From Antedon mediterranea (lineage: Eukaryota; Animalia; Echinodermata), in NCBI RefSeq assembly GCF_964355755.1, contig NC_092678.1, forward strand, positions 4,170,422 through 4,234,421: 64,000 bases of DNA, read 5' to 3'. Shown piece by piece: positions 61,531 through 64,000 of the stretch. The notes under the pieces are model-generated. The model worked only from the letters and a program-made list of their open reading frames with translations. It did not search any database and had not been told where the DNA came from. The translations under genes and the position numbers were made by a program. Each line of letters starts with the position of its first letter. Position 1 is the stretch's first letter.

Positions 61531-62751
61531 GGACCAAGAACTAATCCAGTTGCTAAGCCTCGAAGAGACAATTTTTTCCACATTTAGTTTATTTTGGTCC
61601 TAAAAGAGGAATAGTAACGGGTATTTAATGGCTCTGCTTCTTTCACTTCATGAAATATTTTAAAATCTTGAAACGGAAATTGATAAACTATATCAAAAAC
61701 AAAACCGAATTGCTGTAGTGTTACGATGATGTTCAAATTCGATCAAAAGTATGCCGAACAAGGTGAAAAAAAACACTAACATTTTTCTTAGGGCTAGAAA
61801 AGCGTAAGACATACAGTAAAATCAATCATAGCCTTATTGATAAACAAGGAAACAAAATTATACTGTTGTAGATAGGATAATTGAAGAACAAGTATTTCAT
61901 TATAAGGATCTTTATAAATGTGTTTGAAATGAGAATTTTAACAATGATTATGATAAAGTTATTGAAAACTTAGTATTCCCATGCTACATCGCACACGCCA
62001 ATATTGATTATAAAGCTTTTATTTGTTTGCATATTTTAGTGTTTATTATTCTGTTTCTATTTTTTTTAGGCTTCAGGAAGAAGCTGAGCATTTCATCAGC
62101 CAAGGAGTGTAGGCCCCTGAAATGGACAAGTTTTTATATAAGATTTATGTTACTAAAATATTGCTCGTTTAATGATGAATCTTCAATTCCAGAGTAAGAA
62201 TTAAAAATAGGATTTAGCATGGGGTATCACTAAAGATGGTGAAATTTCCCTTTTATTTATTCATGATACTGTAAGATTTTTAGTCGGTCGGTCTGTCTGT
62301 CGGTCCGGTATCACTATGCATTGTAGCACGCGACTTAATGGCTGTTGGCCTTGTTACTATAAAGAAACATGTATAAATGCCACAATGTGTATCAAAATTG
62401 CTGATTAGTCTACTAGGCCTCTTTAAGATTAATTATTATAATGCAACAAAATAATCAAATATTTCATTCTTGTACAATACAAGGTTTAAAAGTAAACATA
62501 CTGTATATATGCAGAGACAAATAATGGCACAATTGGTGCTCATATGGATAGATGAAGCATTTAGTTTGAAAGCAGAAGAAGTCTATCTGTATATATATTT
62601 ATGAAAGCCTAGACTACGACAATTAAAAGCGGCAATTCTTTGTAAAACTAAAAGTCCTTTATTGTAAATAGCATTCATGTATAATTTAAATGTTCGACGA
62701 TAACTCTATACTGTAATAATTTTTTATAATTTTAAAAGTATTTTAACATTA

Positions 62752-63028
62752 GCCTATTAACCGTATTTTATCATTGGCCTATTAACTGAATTTTATCATT
62801 GGCCTATTAACTGTATTTTGTCATTGGCCTATTAACTGTATTTTATCATTGGCCTATTAACTGTATTTTATCATTGGCCTATTAACTGTATTTTATCATT
62901 GGCCTATTAACTGTATTTTATCATTGGCCTATTAACTGTATTTTATCATTGGCCTATTAACTGTATTTTATCATTGGCCTATTAACTGTATTTTATCATT
63001 GGCCTATTAACTGTATTTTATCATTGGC
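62752..63028. repeat. 25-bp tandem repeat, about 11 copies
   Basis: Unit GGCCTATTAACTGTATTTTATCATT. Confidence 0.95.
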
Positions 63029-64000
63029 ATCTCCAACGTTGATGGACGCTCATGAAGCCTTAAATGTGATACAATGGGTCGCATGGGTACAGTATCCACG
63101 ATATAAATTATTTTTATTATTCGTACATTGACTGTACATATAACATACAGTATGTTAATGATAAACTCATTTATGCAATGCAGGTTCCGAAGATCTATTC
63201 CATTTCCTTTTTTTACATTTCTGGTGATCATAGCATTTGTGTAATTTTATGTAATTTTCTTTACAGTTTTATTGTCATAATTATGCAAATCAAAAGGAAT
63301 TTCCATTTAAGTGGACTAATAAAATGTCTTGAATATGTAAAAATACCTTCTTAAAATATTTGGGATGGGGGCGGGGATGGGGGAAGAACATTACCTTGTG
63401 AATACATGCTGTATATACTTTATATGTTTAAATTTACTGTTATATTTAGTTTATTCATGGTTTTATGACATAAAATTTGTATTATTGAGAGACAATATCG
63501 TAATAAGACAATTAATCAATATGTAGGCTAGGCCTAAGTGATAATTTTCATTGCTTTACAACAGCTGGGTCAGGCTTGAATTATTCTTTTGCATTGTAGC
63601 ATAGGAATGTAGTATAACAATGTCGTAATACACATTTTGTGATATCAGCCTTGTGACTTAATTTATAAATGAGTTGAAATTCACAACTGTAGAGGGCTGT
63701 GTTTTTGGTGTTGGATCTTGTGATTGGAAGAATAATATTTATAATGGCATATTCTGTAGAAAAAGCTATTTCCATTCATCCACAATGTCTAGGCATATGC
63801 CTCCATTTTGTATATAGGCCTATACAAGGAAGCCTAGAAAAGCATGCAAAAAAATGCATGCACAAGAAAAGGAAAAGAAATTAGAGAGGAGAGTGTGCAT
63901 CTCAAAAAAATAAATACAAAATAAATAAACAAAATTAAACAAAATTTACCATGTTGCTTCATATCGAACTGGTGGCCGACTCCTTCTCCCGGATCTAGTT

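Overview
Eukaryotic, AT-rich, repeat-dense animal nuclear DNA, most likely a crinoid echinoderm (inferred from the gene order of an embedded mitochondrial insertion). The one host gene I can fully reconstruct is a 15-coding-exon, minus-strand kinesin-14 (C-terminal motor, about 911 aa, 1741-32489). Its N-terminal tail is unusual: a myristoylation motif, a duplicated Trp-rich module and a UBA/CUE-like helix bundle. Its introns hold an intact, very young Gmr1-type LTR retrotransposon (PR-INT-RT-RH order), a SINE-disrupted Mag-like Gypsy element with identical 139-bp LTRs, nested CR1/RTE LINE remnants, MITEs and minisatellites. Upstream lie a decayed partial duplicate of the kinesin gene, a fragmented NUMT (12S-F-L2-G-16S), Kolobok-like and Helentron-like non-autonomous elements, and several tandem repeats. 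The most novel-looking feature is a compact, virus-like cassette (about 41081-42733) encoding a helicase-less HUH (Rep/NS1-like) endonuclease, apparently sitting in the LTR of a second, decayed Gmr1-like element. All calls come from manual reading; no searches were run.
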